DNA of 64,000 nucleotides from the human T2T-CHM13v2.0 reference genome, Homo sapiens: assembly GCF_009914755.1 (NCBI RefSeq), contig NC_060946.1; one strand, written 5' to 3'. The notes under the pieces were generated by a model. It was not told the origin of the DNA, did no database searches, and was given only the letters and a program-made list of their open reading frames with translations. The translations under genes and the position numbers were made by a program. Below are positions 61,700-64,000 of this stretch, one piece after another (within the stretch, counting starts at the first letter, position 1; every line of letters starts with the position of its first letter).

Positions 61700-63020
61700 G
61701 CACTGGGCGCATGCCTCCGAGTGAGGGGCCTTGGCTCACAGGGCAGCGGCTGGGGCAGAGCTGCTGGATTGGTGAGTCCATTGGGAGCCCCCAGCCTTGG
61801 GTCAGGCCCATACAGAGCTTGGGGTGGGGGTTAATGCCACTGTTGAATGTGCTTTCTCCTAGTGACCTTCAAAGGGAGATGAAAGTTAAAAATAATTTTG
61901 GTGGGGGAAATAGCTGGTGGATAGCGGGCCAGTGATGGGGGTGGGCAGGAGGATGTGGCACTGTCGGGGGGAGGAAGCAGACCAAATGCTCCTTTTCCCT
62001 CAAGCCGCAAGGGACGGACAGCACTATCTGTGGCCTTTGTGGTTGGCATTTCCCCTGCAGTGTCTTCCTGTTAGGAGTTCTCTCAGATAATAAGCTGCAG
62101 AAGAGAGCAGGAGATGGAGCAGGCACTGTGTGCATCGGATTGAAACTCCTAAGTGTCTCTTGCACCTGCCCCAGTGCCAGCCACAGCCCAGGCCTTCAAC
62201 GCCCTCCGGCCTCTTATGCTGGAAGTCTCCTTAGCAGATGGCCTCATGGCCAGAGCTGGCCTCCTGTGAGCTCTGTTGCTGCCCTAACTGCAGTGCCTAT
62301 CATCTGAGCCCCTCTCGCGAGCCACCTTCACTCGCTAAAGTGAATTTAGGCCGACTTTGTTTTTGCTGTGTCTGGCTTGCTATCTATTCTTTGTTATGAG
62401 TGATCTCAAATATGCCCTATGATCGAAGAGTTCTGAGCAGAGAGAATTCAGCAGCCCTTCAGGAGCCACATCTGTCCTTACTTTAATTACCCCTCTGTGA
62501 CACTGTGGGCCTGCTTTTCACTTGCCATCCCTGACCTAGGTCCTAAGATATATGTGATCTATTTTATCCCAGCCTGACAACTAGAGATAATTCGGTGTAA
62601 TCACATGCTTCCTGACAGCAACTGGGGCATGAGAGCACAGGTGGTCAGGGAGTGTGGGTGGTGCCAGGCTTTCACAGGGCACACACTGTGGTCCACGTCG
62701 GCCCCTCTCCCAGATGATATGCCACTTTTACTGTCTTGTGATACTTGGAAATAGTATCACAAGACAGCCTTTTTAAGGCTTCAAAGTCTCCTTTTGCCAA
62801 GGATGGTGATTAGCTTATCTTAGTCCTCTGAGAACAAAGCAAAAGGAAATGACTACTATTAAAATAGAATATAAGAATGATGTAAAAAAAAAAGGGCTTC
62901 TTGCAGCAAAATTATAAAAGGGCTGCAAAGTTCTAGAATTTCTTTTATTGATGCTCTGCAAAACACAGGCACTGGGCTCATGCCTCCCAGCGAGGGGCCT
63001 TGGCTCACAGGGCAGTGGCT
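61700..63020 (+). repeat. 52-bp dispersed direct repeat (61700-61751 and 62969-63020, 48/52 identical)
   Basis: Direct comparison of the two copies. Confidence 0.9.
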
Positions 63021-64000
63021 CCCCAGGCGGAGTGTTCACAGGTGGCCCAGATGTCTCATTGGCCCTGCCCTTCCTCAGCCTGCGCTCCGGACAGACTGGG
63101 CAGTGTGCGGGAACCACCCTGCGTTTTACTGCCTCTTGTTCACACTGCTCCTGCATCCACCTGAACTGCCCCAGATCATCTTGGCCGGCTGCCTTCTTCA
63201 GGGTCCCTGCGAATATTCCTCCTTTAGGAAACCAAGCTAGAAGATGTCTCCTTCTCCTTGGAACTCCCTCTGCACTTGACCCGTACACTTCTTAGGCCCT
63301 GGCCGCTGTCCTTGTTGGATGGACTGCAGCCCCTCAGGGAAGGTTTTCATTCCAGTCCTCCCTGTGTTAATTGAGCACCTGCTACATTCAAGCACCGGGC
63401 TCGGTACTGGGGATTCCTTGAGTGAAACAAAGGTTCCTTGCCCTCACAGAGCTTACGTTCTCTACTAGAAAGGTGCGAAAATGAACAGGCAGCTATAATA
63501 CGGTGTGATGATTACAATGACAGGAATGAAGGGGATGGGGGAGCACATGGCAGGGCCCTATGCTGGCTTGGGGTTTTGCAGACTTTCCTTAGGAAGTGAC
63601 AATTAACTGGATACCTGAAGGATGAATGAGAGTTAGCCCAGTAACCTCACAATGCTGTCTCGAATGCAACCACACAAAAAGATTTGCTGTAGAAATGAGT
63701 AGGTGCCTTTTGTAGCTATCCCAGCGTGAGGTCTGTGTGAGAAGTGGCATGCTTTTCATGAGGAAGGGACCTCCTTGGTCCCTCCACCTCCCTCCTCTTC
63801 ACCCCCCAGAAGAAGTTGGGTGGGACAGGCTTCTGCAGCAAACAAGGGACCCCCTCCCCTCACAGGGACCAAGGAGGACAGAACTTGTCTGAGCTCTACA
63901 AGCCCAGATTGAAAATAGAACTGAGAGAGACAGGAGCAGTGTGAGTGACAGGCATGTGCTCTGATTGGCTAGACAGAGGAATCTGAAATATGAGTTTGGA

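Overview
Human (primate) genomic DNA, recognisable as 22q11.21. It holds the complete PEX26 gene (+ strand, non-coding exon 1 and 5 coding exons, 305 aa, CDS 25800-35589) and, near the right end, the CpG-island promoter, ATG-only first exon and start of intron 1 of an alpha-tubulin gene (TUBA8). The first 25 kb is intergenic: a solo LTR12C, Alu, L1, L2 and MIR elements. No RNA genes or CRISPR arrays were seen. The main finding is an apparently decayed multi-exon gene on the minus strand (about 46863 to 35749), lying under and beyond the PEX26 3' UTR. It has a signal-peptide-like start, 4-5 WSC-like Cys motifs in exons with mostly intact, phase-compatible splice sites, and a C-terminal transmembrane helix, so it is a candidate unitary pseudogene. 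Next to it is a nested retroposition complex: an ARL2BP processed pseudogene carrying a polyadenylated, TSD-flanked neurexin-3-like exon retrocopy, an internal 99-bp duplication, and an L1 plus an Alu that used the same target site. Also present are an internally deleted RPL18A retrocopy, a 3'UTR-only retrocopy, and a 48-bp VNTR with higher-order structure inside an MLT2 LTR. All homology calls come from recalled sequences, not from database searches.
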